In this document: in pieces, positions 50,305 to 60,229 of the stretch
Layout of the letters: every line of letters starts with the position of its first letter
Numbering within the stretch: the stretch's first letter is position 1
DNA from: an uncultured Acidobacteriota bacterium
Lineage (GTDB): Bacteria > Acidobacteriota > UBA6911
Direction of reading: 5' to 3'
Length of the DNA stretch: 64,000 bases
NCBI GenBank assembly: GCA_963809485.1
Contig: CAWEJX010000009.1
Location: 1-64,000, forward strand
Made by a program: the position numbers and the translations under genes
The notes under the pieces: generated by a model
Told to the model about the DNA's origin: nothing
The model's database searches: none
The model's input: only the letters and a program-made list of their open reading frames with translations

Positions 50305-50748
50305 TTGGATATGGCAAATGTGGAATTGGTGGCTACCTACTCGACCCTGGCGGGATCGGCCTGTCCTCACTCGGCTCAGGAATACAGCTCTTTTGATTTC
50401 AAGGACAGGGTGGAGGCTGCGGCCAAAGCCGGATTCAAAGGCTTCGGCATCAAGGAGGTCGACCTCGCGCACATACTCGAGAGCCGCAGTCTTAAAGAGA
50501 TGAAGCGGATTCTCGACGATAATGGCATGAAGCATGTCGAACTGGAATTCATCACCGACTGGTTCATGGACGGCGAAGGGGAATTCGATGTAAAGGGTTT
50601 CATTGATTGCATGCTGAAGGCCGGCTATCAAGGGCCCTGGGGAATTGAAGTCCTGAGCCAGGACATCCGGTCCTTGCCCCTGGATGTGCTGGCGACGCGT
50701 GCATTCAACACGACTATGGCCCAGTTCCCGGGCGTCGAAAGGAGATGA
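50305..50748 (+). pseudogene. Sugar-phosphate isomerase/epimerase (xylose-isomerase-like TIM barrel) with a large in-frame internal deletion
   Basis: The N-terminal RVEAAAKAGFKGFG joins directly to the C-terminal GEGEFDV...GYQGPWGIEVLS. Only 147 aa. Confidence 0.6.
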
Positions 50749-50752
50749 TGTC

Positions 50753-51718
50753 TTGGACCTCAGCCCAAAAACACTGATCGACCTCTATACGACCATGCTG
50801 AAAATCCGGCGTTTCGAGGAGCGGGTGGTCCGGGAGGTCTACGCCGGAAACGTCCCCGGCTTTGTGCATTCCTATATTGGCGAAGAAGCCATCGCCGCCG
50901 GAGTCTGCGTCCACCTGGGCAAAGAGGACCGCATCGTCAGCCATCACCGCGGCCACGGCCACTGCATCGCCAAAGGTGCGGACATAAAGAGGATGATGGC
51001 CGAAATCTATGGGAAAAAAACCGGATACTGCAAGGGCAAAGGCGGTTCCATGCATATAGCCGATTTCAGCATCGGCATGCTTGGAGCGGATGGCATCGTG
51101 GGAGCCGGGCTGCCCATCGCCACCGGCGCGGCTCTCGCAGCTCAGCTTGAAGGCAAAGGGAAAATTGCAGTCATCTTTTTTGGCGACGGGGCGTGCCAGG
51201 AAGGCGAATTTCACGAAGCGCTGAACCTGGCTTCCATCTGGAAACTGCCGTTGCTCTTCGTCTGTGAAAACAACCACTACGGGGTGAACACTTCCGCGCA
51301 GTATTCGCTGGGCGCCGGAGAGATCACACGGATGCCGGAAGCCTATCACATCGCCAGCAAAGCGATTTATGGGAATGATGTCGAGCTCGTCTACCGGACG
51401 GCAAAAGAGGCCATCTCAAGGTTGAGAGAAGGCAAAGGTCCCATTTTCCTGGAATGCCAAACCTACCGCTGGCATAAGCATTATCTTTCGGAGGCGCTGG
51501 AGGACTTGCGGCCCACAGAGGAGCTCGAGGCGTGGAAGAAAAAGTGCCCCGTGGCTGCTTTTGAACGCAGTCTGCTGGAACGGGGAGTTCTGACGCCTGC
51601 AAAGATCAAAGCCATCAACAGAAGGATCATGGCGCAGGTTGAGGAAGCGCACGACTTCGCCCTTGCAAGTCCCTATCCCCAACCGCAGGACGCCCTGGCA
51701 GATATTTATTCGCTGTGA
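50753..51718 (+). CDS. TPP-dependent dehydrogenase E1 alpha (acetoin/pyruvate dehydrogenase-like)
   Basis: IRRFEE, HSYIGEEA, HRGHGH, GKGGSMH, FFGDGA...ENN. TTG start after AAGGAG. Confidence 0.92.
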   Translation: MDLSPKTLIDLYTTMLKIRRFEERVVREVYAGNVPGFVHSYIGEEAIAAGVCVHLGKEDRIVSHHRGHGHCIAKGADIKRMMAEIYGKKTGYCKGKGGSMHIADFSIGMLGADGIVGAGLPIATGAALAAQLEGKGKIAVIFFGDGACQEGEFHEALNLASIWKLPLLFVCENNHYGVNTSAQYSLGAGEITRMPEAYHIASKAIYGNDVELVYRTAKEAISRLREGKGPIFLECQTYRWHKHYLSEALEDLRPTEELEAWKKKCPVAAFERSLLERGVLTPAKIKAINRRIMAQVEEAHDFALASPYPQPQDALADIYSL

Positions 51719-51734
51719 ATCGATGAGGCACGCA

Positions 51735-52688
51735 ATGCGAGAAATCACATACGAACAGGCGGCTAACGAAGCCATTGAGGAGGAATTCCGCAGAAACCCG
51801 CGAACGATCCATCTATCGACCGACCTGGCCGCCGATTTACAGAAAGAGTTCGGGGCGGATCGAATAAGGGTTACACCCATAGCAGAGAACAATTTCGTGG
51901 GAGCGGCGATCGGGCTGGCAGGTTCCGGCTTTCGTACGGTATGCAACCTGCGCATGGCCACTTTCGGTTTCGTGGCCATGGACCAGATGATGAATCATGC
52001 TGCCAAAATCACCTATATGTTCGGCGGCCAGGCCAAATTCCCTATTTTGATCCGGATGACCGTAGGCGCAGGTTTCTCCGGCGCCGCCGAGCACTCCATC
52101 AGCCCCTATTCCATGTTCATGAATGTGCCGGGGCTGAAAATCCTTCTGCCCACAACTCCCTACGATGTGAAGGGCCTGCTCAAGACCGCGCTGAGGGACA
52201 ATAATCCGGTGATCTCGTTCGAGAATTTCCTCATCGGCAAAGTCAAAGGCGAAGTGCCGGAAGACGAGTACCTGGTGCCGCTGGGTAAGGCCTGCGTGCG
52301 CAGGAAGGGCTCGGACGTGACCGTGGTGGCCCTGGCCAGAATGGTTTACGAGGCCCTGCAGGCTGCTGAAGAACTGTCGAAGGAAGGCATTTCGGTGGAA
52401 GTTGTCGATCCCAGAACGCTGGTCCCGCTGGACGGAGAAACAATCATCAAGTCCGTCAGGAAGACCGGACGCCTGGTGGTTGTGGATGAAGCCTGTCAGA
52501 CCTGCGGCGCTGCAGCGGAGATTATGGCTCTGGCAACGTCCGACAAAGGCGCTTTTAAAAAGCTGAAGTCTGCGCCGGCCAGAGTATGCGGGCTGGACAT
52601 CCCGATCCCCTTCAGCCCGCCAATGGAAAAATTCGCCATTCCGGACAAGGCAAAAGTCATCAAGGCCATCAGAGCGGCGCTGCGCTAG
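51735..52688 (+). CDS. TPP-dependent dehydrogenase E1 beta
   Basis: TPIAE, AMDQMMNHAAK, VPGLKI, EVVDPRTLVPLD, SVRKTGRLVVV. Confidence 0.92.
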   Translation: MREITYEQAANEAIEEEFRRNPRTIHLSTDLAADLQKEFGADRIRVTPIAENNFVGAAIGLAGSGFRTVCNLRMATFGFVAMDQMMNHAAKITYMFGGQAKFPILIRMTVGAGFSGAAEHSISPYSMFMNVPGLKILLPTTPYDVKGLLKTALRDNNPVISFENFLIGKVKGEVPEDEYLVPLGKACVRRKGSDVTVVALARMVYEALQAAEELSKEGISVEVVDPRTLVPLDGETIIKSVRKTGRLVVVDEACQTCGAAAEIMALATSDKGAFKKLKSAPARVCGLDIPIPFSPPMEKFAIPDKAKVIKAIRAALR

Positions 52689-52896
52689 GAGCGGCTGCGG
52701 ATTTTGCGGCGTGGCCGGGTGGCCGCGATCCGATGGATGCCGGTTCGCAAAGCGTCCGCGCCGTGACCTGGGAAAAAAAATTGGTCCGAAAATGGCGGGA
52801 AGCCGCATTTGTGTGCCACAGAAATCCTTTTTGCCGAAGTGGACGAACGGCAGAAGACCGATCCCAATCCCTGTCAAAAAAAGGAGAAGAGGACTT

Positions 52897-54087
52897 ATGG
52901 CCAAAGCATTGGAAGGTGTCAGGGTTTTGGATTTTACACAGTATTTGTCCGGTCCTCATTGCACGTCGGTGCTGAGCGAACTCGGCGCCGAGGTCCTAAA
53001 GATAGAAATGCCGGGCAAGGGCGAACCCGAGCGGCTTGCCATGCCCATGACGCCCAAACGGGAATCGTATCAGTTTCTTTCCTATAACCGGGGCAAGAAA
53101 AGCATCACCCTGAACCTTAAGAGTTCGAAAGGGCTGGAGATTGCCAGGAAACTGGCAGGCAAGGTGGATGTCCTGGTCGAGAACTTTGCCCCCGGCGGGA
53201 TGCAACGGCTGGGCCTGAGCTACGAAGAAGTGAGCAAAATCAACCCTCGGATCATTTACGCCTCCATTTCAGGCTTCGGGCAGACCGGCCCACGCCGCAA
53301 CGACGTCAGCTATGATGTGGTCGCACAGGCAATGGGAGGGCTGATGAGCGTCACCGGCTATGCCGGAGGCGAACCGCTGAAGGCGGGCATCTCGCTCGGC
53401 GACTACATGGGGGGATATAACGGCGTCATCGGCATCCTGGCGGCCCTGTATTACCGGACGCTAACGGGTGAGGGACAGTCCATTGACATTTCCATGCAGG
53501 ACGGCATCTGGGCAATGGTTTTCCCCGACCGCGCCAACTACTTTGACACTCGCATCGTCCCCGGGAGAATCGGCAACAAGCTCAGCAGTTCCGCTCCCTT
53601 CGGCGCCTACAATGCCAGGGACGGGCATGTGGTGATTTGCACGATCACGGACCCTCAATGGCAAAAGGTCCTCCAGGCGATGGGGCGGGAGGACCTGAGC
53701 GGCGAGCCGCGTTTTGCCACGCGTGAGAGCCGGACCCAAAATATGGAAGAAGTGGACGGCCTGGTCCAGGCGTGGTGCAGGGAAAGGACAGTCGAGGAGG
53801 TCCTGGCAATCCTCAAGAAATACGGGGTGCCCTGTTCCCCTCTGCCCACTTTTGACCAGGTCGCCGGCGATCCCCAATTGTTGAGTAGAGATATGATTGT
53901 CGAGGTTGAACAGCCCGTTTCGGGAAAGGTAAAGCTCAGCGGTTCGGTCTACAAGATGTCCAAAACGCCAGGCGACCGAAGGAAGCGCATTCCTGCCGTG
54001 GGGGAGCACAACGAGGAAATTTACGGCGGGCTCCTGGGGATCGATGAGCAGGAGATTCAGAGGCTCAGGCAGGAGGGCGTCTTCTAG
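52897..54087 (+). CDS. CaiB/BaiF family III CoA-transferase
   Basis: LEGVRVLDF..LSGP, NRGKKSITLNLK, DVLVENF, ISGFGQTGP, YDVVAQAMGG, GEHNEEI. Confidence 0.93.
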   Translation: MAKALEGVRVLDFTQYLSGPHCTSVLSELGAEVLKIEMPGKGEPERLAMPMTPKRESYQFLSYNRGKKSITLNLKSSKGLEIARKLAGKVDVLVENFAPGGMQRLGLSYEEVSKINPRIIYASISGFGQTGPRRNDVSYDVVAQAMGGLMSVTGYAGGEPLKAGISLGDYMGGYNGVIGILAALYYRTLTGEGQSIDISMQDGIWAMVFPDRANYFDTRIVPGRIGNKLSSSAPFGAYNARDGHVVICTITDPQWQKVLQAMGREDLSGEPRFATRESRTQNMEEVDGLVQAWCRERTVEEVLAILKKYGVPCSPLPTFDQVAGDPQLLSRDMIVEVEQPVSGKVKLSGSVYKMSKTPGDRRKRIPAVGEHNEEIYGGLLGIDEQEIQRLRQEGVF

Positions 54088-54108
54088 ATGCGCTCTGCCA
54101 TTTTATTG

Positions 54109-54137
54109 TTTACAAAATTTGCGGTTCGATCTAGAAT
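54109..54137 (+). promoter_or_regulatory. Putative sigma70 promoter
   Basis: TTTACA-N17-TAGAAT upstream of the nitroreductase gene. Confidence 0.5.
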
Positions 54138-54247
54138 GTCAGTTTTTTCAAGTGATGCAATGTTTGGATTTGTCCCGCAATGACATTACCGGCTCTTCCA
54201 ACAAAGCCAGCACTTAATTATTTCTAAAAGTTTGGAGGAAAATCTGT

Positions 54248-54910
54248 ATGCCAGAATTTCTGGATGTGCTTACATCGAGAAAGAGTATCCGAAGATACAA
54301 ATCCGACCCGATATCGGACGAGATGCTCGACAAGATCCTGGAGGCGGCCCGGTGGGCGCCCACGGGTGAGAACTATCAACCGTGGAGGTTTATCGTTGTC
54401 CGGGACCAGGAGACGAGGAACAAGATCGGCGATCTGTCCCGGCAGGGGAGCGGATCGCGCATGACCGCCTGGTACTGCCTCAATGAGCTGCAACAGAGAT
54501 TTGAGGGGATCGAAGACCCCGTCAAGAGGGCTGAAGTATTGGAGTTTATGTACTCCGGCAGAGTGTCGGAATTCTGCAAGCAGGCGCCGGTGGTCATTGC
54601 CGTGATCGGGGATCTGCGGGTGGGAAGTGTCGATGTCCCTTACGACCTCTGCGCCGCCATCGAGAATATGCTCCTGCAGGCCCATTCCATGGGACTCGGC
54701 GCATGCTGGGTACACGGACCGGTGGCCAGTACGAGAGATGCCAAACGATTCAAAGAAATATTGGGAATTCCGACCGGCATGGGAGACTATAAAGTCGTTT
54801 CTTTCCTCGCCTTCGGGTATCCCAAAGAACAGCGCAAGCATCCAAGGCCCAAACTGCCGCTCAAGGAAATGGTGTACTGGGAAAAATTTGGAAATAAGGA
54901 GAGGATCTAA
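54248..54910 (+). CDS. Nitroreductase family flavoprotein
   Basis: RKSIRRY, AARWAPTGENYQPWRFIVV, AIENMLLQAHSMGLGACW. Confidence 0.92.
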   Translation: MPEFLDVLTSRKSIRRYKSDPISDEMLDKILEAARWAPTGENYQPWRFIVVRDQETRNKIGDLSRQGSGSRMTAWYCLNELQQRFEGIEDPVKRAEVLEFMYSGRVSEFCKQAPVVIAVIGDLRVGSVDVPYDLCAAIENMLLQAHSMGLGACWVHGPVASTRDAKRFKEILGIPTGMGDYKVVSFLAFGYPKEQRKHPRPKLPLKEMVYWEKFGNKERI

Positions 54911-55461
54911 TGGATAGCATAAAATACTGCAACGAGTTGCTTTCGAGACTGGAAACTCTCGCCTATCATGAACTCTCCGGAATGATCCACTGGAAATGTG
55001 AGTATGTCGGAGTCGACTTCATTCGCGCCAAGCAGATCGAGGGGAAAAATGTAAACGAAATCGTCACGAGCTGCTGCAAAGCGATCACCGAAGGCGGAAT
55101 CGCCAATCAAATTACCCATAAAGTGGGTCCGGATGGGGTGATGCTCAAACTGAAGATCAAGGGTTGCATCCATCATCCCAAGGAAGTCCAGACGAGGGCG
55201 GAAGGCATCGCGCCTTATCTCTGTCCGGTGGCCAACATGGTCCTGGACCAGATCCACGAAAAGCTGAAATACACCACGAGCTATTTAACAAAACTCGCTA
55301 TCGACAGCGACAATAAGCAGTGTCTCGTGTATATGGCGCTTTACGAGACCGCAAGCAAGATCGGTCAGGTTTCCGATTGGCTCGCGGACGATGAAGATGC
55401 GGATTTCGTGAAGAACCAGCCTTCGCAGATCCTGGCCGCAGCCGACAAAAAAAAGGAATAG
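54910..55461 (+). CDS. Hypothetical Cys-containing protein (V4R/'methanogen output'-like fold possible)
   Basis: TAATG overlap with the nitroreductase. Motifs IKGCIHH, YLCPVAN, KQC. Confidence 0.6.
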   Translation: MDSIKYCNELLSRLETLAYHELSGMIHWKCEYVGVDFIRAKQIEGKNVNEIVTSCCKAITEGGIANQITHKVGPDGVMLKLKIKGCIHHPKEVQTRAEGIAPYLCPVANMVLDQIHEKLKYTTSYLTKLAIDSDNKQCLVYMALYETASKIGQVSDWLADDEDADFVKNQPSQILAAADKKKE

Positions 55462-55499
55462 CTGCATTTTCCCGTTGGCGATCCCGGTTTTTATTCGAA

Positions 55500-55547
55500 G
55501 CCGCGCAACTGGAGTTTATAGCCCCTATTGCGCGGCCTTTTTGTTTT
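55500..55547 (+). terminator. Rho-independent terminator
   Basis: GCCGCGCAA...TTGCGCGGC followed by CTTTTTGTTTT. Confidence 0.65.
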
Positions 55548-55718
55548 GCCCTCGTGCAACCTAAGCTGCAGTTTCGTATGATACTTCAAAAATCCGGCAG
55601 GCTGCCAGGCGCCCGAATCCCTATTGCATGGCACGGACGGTTGTTGTATCTATACGTATGAAAAAAACCGGCCGGTTATTGACGTTTAATAAGCAAAGAA
55701 ATAAAACGGAGGATATCA

Positions 55719-55904
55719 ATGAAAAAACCCGAGATGCCCTGTGCAATGCATGATGAACATCTGTGTTATCTGGTAAATATGGGCTATGTTGAGAATAGTT
55801 TAGGCGACTATAAAGCGCTGGTGAAGGATGCAAAGTTCGTATGCAAGAAATGCGGACGGAGCGCAAATTCGGAAGAAAACCTCTGCCGGCCCGTAAAAAT
55901 CTAG
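55719..55904 (+). CDS. Small Cys/His-rich putative metal-binding protein (61 aa)
   Basis: GGAGG RBS; HDEHLC...FVCKKCGRSA...NLC.P. Confidence 0.7.
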   Translation: MKKPEMPCAMHDEHLCYLVNMGYVENSLGDYKALVKDAKFVCKKCGRSANSEENLCRPVKI

Positions 55905-56206
55905 CGTGCTGTGTCCTGCAGACAGGCATACAAGAATTCGCATGAAATAACCTCAAAAATCATATTTCCTTAAACATGCAGGCGCCCACAGGCTCCTGCC
56001 ATTAAGACGCACCCTGCCTGTTGGGGCGTCTTCGTTGGCGCGATGCCCGGCCGGCCTCGATTTCAGGTTCTGCGCTCCGTCCCCGGAGCATGTCAGGTTT
56101 GAGTCTTCAGGGCACTATCCGGCGAAAGCATGGACTCTCGCGGGTTGCGCTTTGCGCCGGGCATTCTCTCCTGCGCAATTCGGTGCGGTGGAATACCTCT
56201 CCGCGC

Positions 56207-56965
56207 CTATCCCATATACATGCGCCCGGGATCGATCACTTCCCGGATTACGCGGAGCTGCTCCCCTGTCGGCGGTTCCGTTACGGAAAACTCCTGCGGG
56301 ATGAGCGGGCGGAAGCCCATGGTCGAGAGGACATCCTCGAGTGTGTTCCCGGGATGGATGGAAAGCAGCATCATCTGCTTCGTTTCCGGATGGAATCCGA
56401 AGATCGCCTTATCGGTGATCACGCGGCTTGGACCGCCGATCAGCCCGGCCTTGCGCCGGCTGTCACCGCCGTCGAGATACCCGGGGCTGGTGACAAAAGA
56501 AATCGTTTCCCGGAATTTGCCTTCCTCCTGGCGCATGATCAGAATGGTTTTCTTCGCGCAAGAGGCAATATCGTTGGCGCCGCCGCTGCCGATCATATGG
56601 CGGAATTTCCCCTTCGGATCGCCCACGAGCGTCGTATTCAGGTTGCCGAACCGATCCGCTTCGAGCCCTCCCAGAAACCCGACATCGACCCTGCCGCGAT
56701 GAAGAACGGTTCCCAGTATGTCGATGAAGCTGCTTAGTACTTTGGCCCGGTACCACACCCTGGGATCGGCAAGCCCCACACCCGTATGAATCGGTTCGGG
56801 ATCGATCACTCCCAGCTCAAACAGGATGGTCATGTTGGGAGCATGGCTTTTTTTCGCCAGGAAAGCCGCCACCATCGGAAGCCCGATCCCAACGGCGACA
56901 ACATGGCCATCTTGCAGTTCACGGGCTCCCGAAACTGCCATTAACTCCGTTGGAGTAAAGTCCAT
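56207..56965 (-). CDS. Family I CoA-transferase beta subunit (glutaconate CoA-transferase-like)
   Basis: VGIGLP, LFELG, GFLGGLEADRFGNLN, GSGGANDIAS, FVTSPG. Confidence 0.9.
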   Translation of the reverse strand: MDFTPTELMAVSGARELQDGHVVAVGIGLPMVAAFLAKKSHAPNMTILFELGVIDPEPIHTGVGLADPRVWYRAKVLSSFIDILGTVLHRGRVDVGFLGGLEADRFGNLNTTLVGDPKGKFRHMIGSGGANDIASCAKKTILIMRQEEGKFRETISFVTSPGYLDGGDSRRKAGLIGGPSRVITDKAIFGFHPETKQMMLLSIHPGNTLEDVLSTMGFRPLIPQEFSVTEPPTGEQLRVIREVIDPGRMYMG

Positions 56966-56975
56966 ATCGTTCCCC

Positions 56976-57875
56976 CTAATATCCCAGTATGGGATCGGCC
57001 CGAAGACTCCTGAGATGGCGGAGGCCTCCGACAAGATTGAGATATTCCCAGTGGTCCTTCACACCATAGACATATTTGTCCAGGTATGCCTTCCACAAAT
57101 CGGATTTCCTGGCAGCCTCGACGTACCTGCGGATCTCGTCGGCGTCGTAGTCGTACTCATGATATAAGGAAGTGGGATGAGCCCCGAAAGGCAATTCCAC
57201 GACATGAGAGACAAGGAGATTGGGAATCACGCACCGTTCGGGTTCCCCGCGAATGATGTCCGTCGGCACCACATGCTCGGCAATAACGATGGCGCGAGTG
57301 CTGGCTTTCACCTGCTCCGGCGAATCCCATTTCGGACCCATAATCCAGGCGTTTCCCTCTTCGTCACAAGTCTGGACCTGTACCACCGCCACATCCGGAA
57401 GCAAAGGCTTCAACACAAGCCACCGGTCGCCGGAAAAAGGATCATGGATAAAGGCAATATCGGATCCCGTTTGCTCCTGAATCCGGCTCAGCAGGCCGGA
57501 CCCGCATAGCGACCGTATGGGAATGAAGGGAAGCCCAAGCGAGCCGGCCAGATAGCGGAAAGCAATCGACAGGCTGCTGTATTCTTCAGCCTGGATCGAG
57601 CCGTTATCGATGCCCGCGTTTATGCACCCAAGCCTGCCGAAACGGTCGAGAGACCCTCCCCCGTAAATCACCCGCTCGACCGAACCTCCTCCGGCCAGAA
57701 GATCCGTGTCCATAGCCCCGACGCACTGCGATATCGTCAGCTTTTTGATTCCCTGGCGAAGGACCTCACGGGCAAAGGCCATGGCGCATCGCGTAATTGC
57801 GAAACCCGATAGTGCCACATGGGACCCCGAGGGGATTGAGGCGACGGCCTCGCTCAGGCTGGATAATTTGTTCAT
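56976..57875 (-). CDS. Family I CoA-transferase alpha subunit
   Basis: SLSEAV, GSLGLPFIP, PDVAVVQVQTCDEEGNA, PFGAHPTS. Confidence 0.9.
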   Translation of the reverse strand: MNKLSSLSEAVASIPSGSHVALSGFAITRCAMAFAREVLRQGIKKLTISQCVGAMDTDLLAGGGSVERVIYGGGSLDRFGRLGCINAGIDNGSIQAEEYSSLSIAFRYLAGSLGLPFIPIRSLCGSGLLSRIQEQTGSDIAFIHDPFSGDRWLVLKPLLPDVAVVQVQTCDEEGNAWIMGPKWDSPEQVKASTRAIVIAEHVVPTDIIRGEPERCVIPNLLVSHVVELPFGAHPTSLYHEYDYDADEIRRYVEAARKSDLWKAYLDKYVYGVKDHWEYLNLVGGLRHLRSLRADPILGY

Positions 57876-58237
57876 GACGTGCTCCTATGCGTCCGGCCCA
57901 CGGGCGGGTGCAGGATTATTAGATATGCGCTCCGGCCCCTTCCCCGGTTTGGGCCTGTAGCGGCTCGCCTGAAAATGCGCCATACGTTTTTGCACGAAGC
58001 ATTTGCAGCTCAATTCTATCGAGCTTTGCGCGGCAGCCGCTGGAAAATGCCCCAGATTCATGGTTAGACGATACATCAAAAATGCAGCGGCCGGCTCCTG
58101 AAAATTGCCTCTTTCGACCGCCGTGCGGGTTTGCCATGTGCATCCTCGGCCGCGGGTGCAAACTACCTGCGGCAAAACCAGGTGACAGCCACCGAAGATT
58201 CGCGATATCTTTTCAGGCTATGAACGCATCCACAGAT

Positions 58238-59953
58238 ATGAATAAAAGAAAGATACTCAGCGAAGTCGCCCTGGGACAGATTGCGCCCGATACGGTCATC
58301 CGGAACGGCATGCTGTTCAACGCCTTTACGGGAGAATTTATTGAGCGGCAATCCGTCTGGGTGAAGGATGGGATGATCGCATACGCGGGGATGGACAGCG
58401 ACCCTCTCATTTCAGAAGGGACCCGGATCCTCGACGCGGACGGCCAGGTGCTGCTGCCCGGCCTGATTGAAGGCCACACACACGTCTTAAGCAGCCGCTA
58501 CAGCCTGGAGGAGTTCATCCGTTATGCAATCCCCTGCGGCGTGACCACCGTGGTAACGGAAGCCCTGGAATACCTGGTAATCGTCGGGAAGGACGGGCTG
58601 GATTACGTGCTGAGGGGATTGAAGCATCAGCCGATCCGCATTTATTGCACATTGCCTCCCTTATGCGGCCTTACGCCGTCGGAAGAAATTCATGCTCTGG
58701 CCGATGCCGATGTCCTGCCGTTTCTGGAGGACCCTTCTTGCCTGGGAGTCGGGGAAATCTATTGGAGCAATCTGCTGCTGGAGGGGGCCCAGGGAGAACG
58801 CTGCCGGAAACTTGCGGCGCTCGCGCTGGAAAAAGGCAAAACCGTTGAAGGACATACGGCGGGCGCCTCGGGAAAGAAGCTTCAGGCTTACACCTGTTTC
58901 GGCATCTCCTCCTGCCATGAGCCCATCGCCGAAGAAGATGTGCTGGAAAGACTGCGGCTCGGCTATTGGGTGATGATCCGCGAGGGGTATGTCAGAAAAG
59001 AGCTGGAAGGCGTCAAAGGAATTTTCAAAAGGGATATCGATTTCCGAAGACTGTCGCTTGTCACCGACGGCGTCGATCCCTCGGGATTTCTCGAAAACGG
59101 CTATCTGGATGCCGCGGTCAAAAAAGCGATGGAACTCGGGGCGCCGCCGCAGATCGCCTATCAAATGGTTACACTGAATGCGGCCGAGCATTTTCATCTC
59201 GACCCGCTGATCGGATCCCTTGCTCCCGGGAAGATGGCCGACATCGTGATCATCCCTGCACCCGAGGACTTCGCGCCGCAATGGGTGATGTGCAACGGAA
59301 GGGTCGTGTTTGACGGCGGGAAACGGCTTGCGGAACCCGAAAAGATCTACTTTCCGGAACATATGTACCATACGGTCCGGGTGGGGAAATACGGTCTGCC
59401 GCGCCTTCCGGAAAAAGGCAGAGTAAGGGCCATGGACCTGGTAACCCGGCTCGTGACCCGCGAAGAGATCGTGGATCTTGACAATCCCCGGGAGGCCGGG
59501 AATTTGAATCTGATTTTTGCATTGGATCGTCTGGGAAGCGGGAAAGGGTTCATGGGCTACCTGAAGGGATTCGGCCTCAGGCAGGGCGCCTACGGAACAA
59601 CCATGGCCTGGGACACGAGGGACATGATTATGGTGGGATGCGAGGATGCCTCCATGCTCACTGTGATTGAGCGGCTCAGGGAAATCGGGGGCGGCGGTGT
59701 TTTTGCCATTGGCGGGGAAATTGTTGCCGAATTCCCTGCCCCCATCTGCGGCGTATCGTCTCCGAAACCGATGGCAACTATCCGGCAGGAAACCCGGAAG
59801 CTCGATGAGGTGCTGAGAGAGCATGGCGTCCCCTGGGAGACTCCCATACTGACGGTAGATACCTTTACGACCGGGGCCATCCCCCATTTCCGCATCAATC
59901 ACAACGGATATGTAAGATTGAAAGACAGGAAGGTACTGCCCGTCGGCATTTAG
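58238..59953 (+). CDS. ade: Adenine deaminase family amidohydrolase
   Basis: PGLIEGHTH, GVTTV, EGH, SCHE, MIREG, VTDG, TLNAAEHF, GSLAPGKMADI. Confidence 0.8.
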   Translation: MNKRKILSEVALGQIAPDTVIRNGMLFNAFTGEFIERQSVWVKDGMIAYAGMDSDPLISEGTRILDADGQVLLPGLIEGHTHVLSSRYSLEEFIRYAIPCGVTTVVTEALEYLVIVGKDGLDYVLRGLKHQPIRIYCTLPPLCGLTPSEEIHALADADVLPFLEDPSCLGVGEIYWSNLLLEGAQGERCRKLAALALEKGKTVEGHTAGASGKKLQAYTCFGISSCHEPIAEEDVLERLRLGYWVMIREGYVRKELEGVKGIFKRDIDFRRLSLVTDGVDPSGFLENGYLDAAVKKAMELGAPPQIAYQMVTLNAAEHFHLDPLIGSLAPGKMADIVIIPAPEDFAPQWVMCNGRVVFDGGKRLAEPEKIYFPEHMYHTVRVGKYGLPRLPEKGRVRAMDLVTRLVTREEIVDLDNPREAGNLNLIFALDRLGSGKGFMGYLKGFGLRQGAYGTTMAWDTRDMIMVGCEDASMLTVIERLREIGGGGVFAIGGEIVAEFPAPICGVSSPKPMATIRQETRKLDEVLREHGVPWETPILTVDTFTTGAIPHFRINHNGYVRLKDRKVLPVGI

Positions 59954-60143
59954 AGGCGGCATGCCGCGGCTGGCGAATGGGCGACCCCCGCATGCTATTC
60001 ATAATATTCATAGCGCACAGTAAGCAGGCTGCGGCAGATCCGGAGGCTTTATGGGTGCTGGCCCCTCAAAGGGGCGTTATCACAACCGATAAAAATAAAA
60101 GTGGTTTCACGGGCCATAGATATCTTACAAGCTTTTTGGGACC

Positions 60144-60229
60144 GCAGAATGTCGAATAACGAATGATGAATCTCGAAGTGTGGCGATAGCTTCTGCGGCT
60201 CGATATTCGAAATTCGACACTCGATATTC
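60144..60229. repeat. Inverted cluster of 7-nt repeats (xxxGAAT / ATTCGxx)
   Basis: GCAGAAT GTCGAAT AACGAAT GATGAAT CTCGAAG followed by ATTCGAA ATTCGAC ACTCGAT ATTC. Confidence 0.65.
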
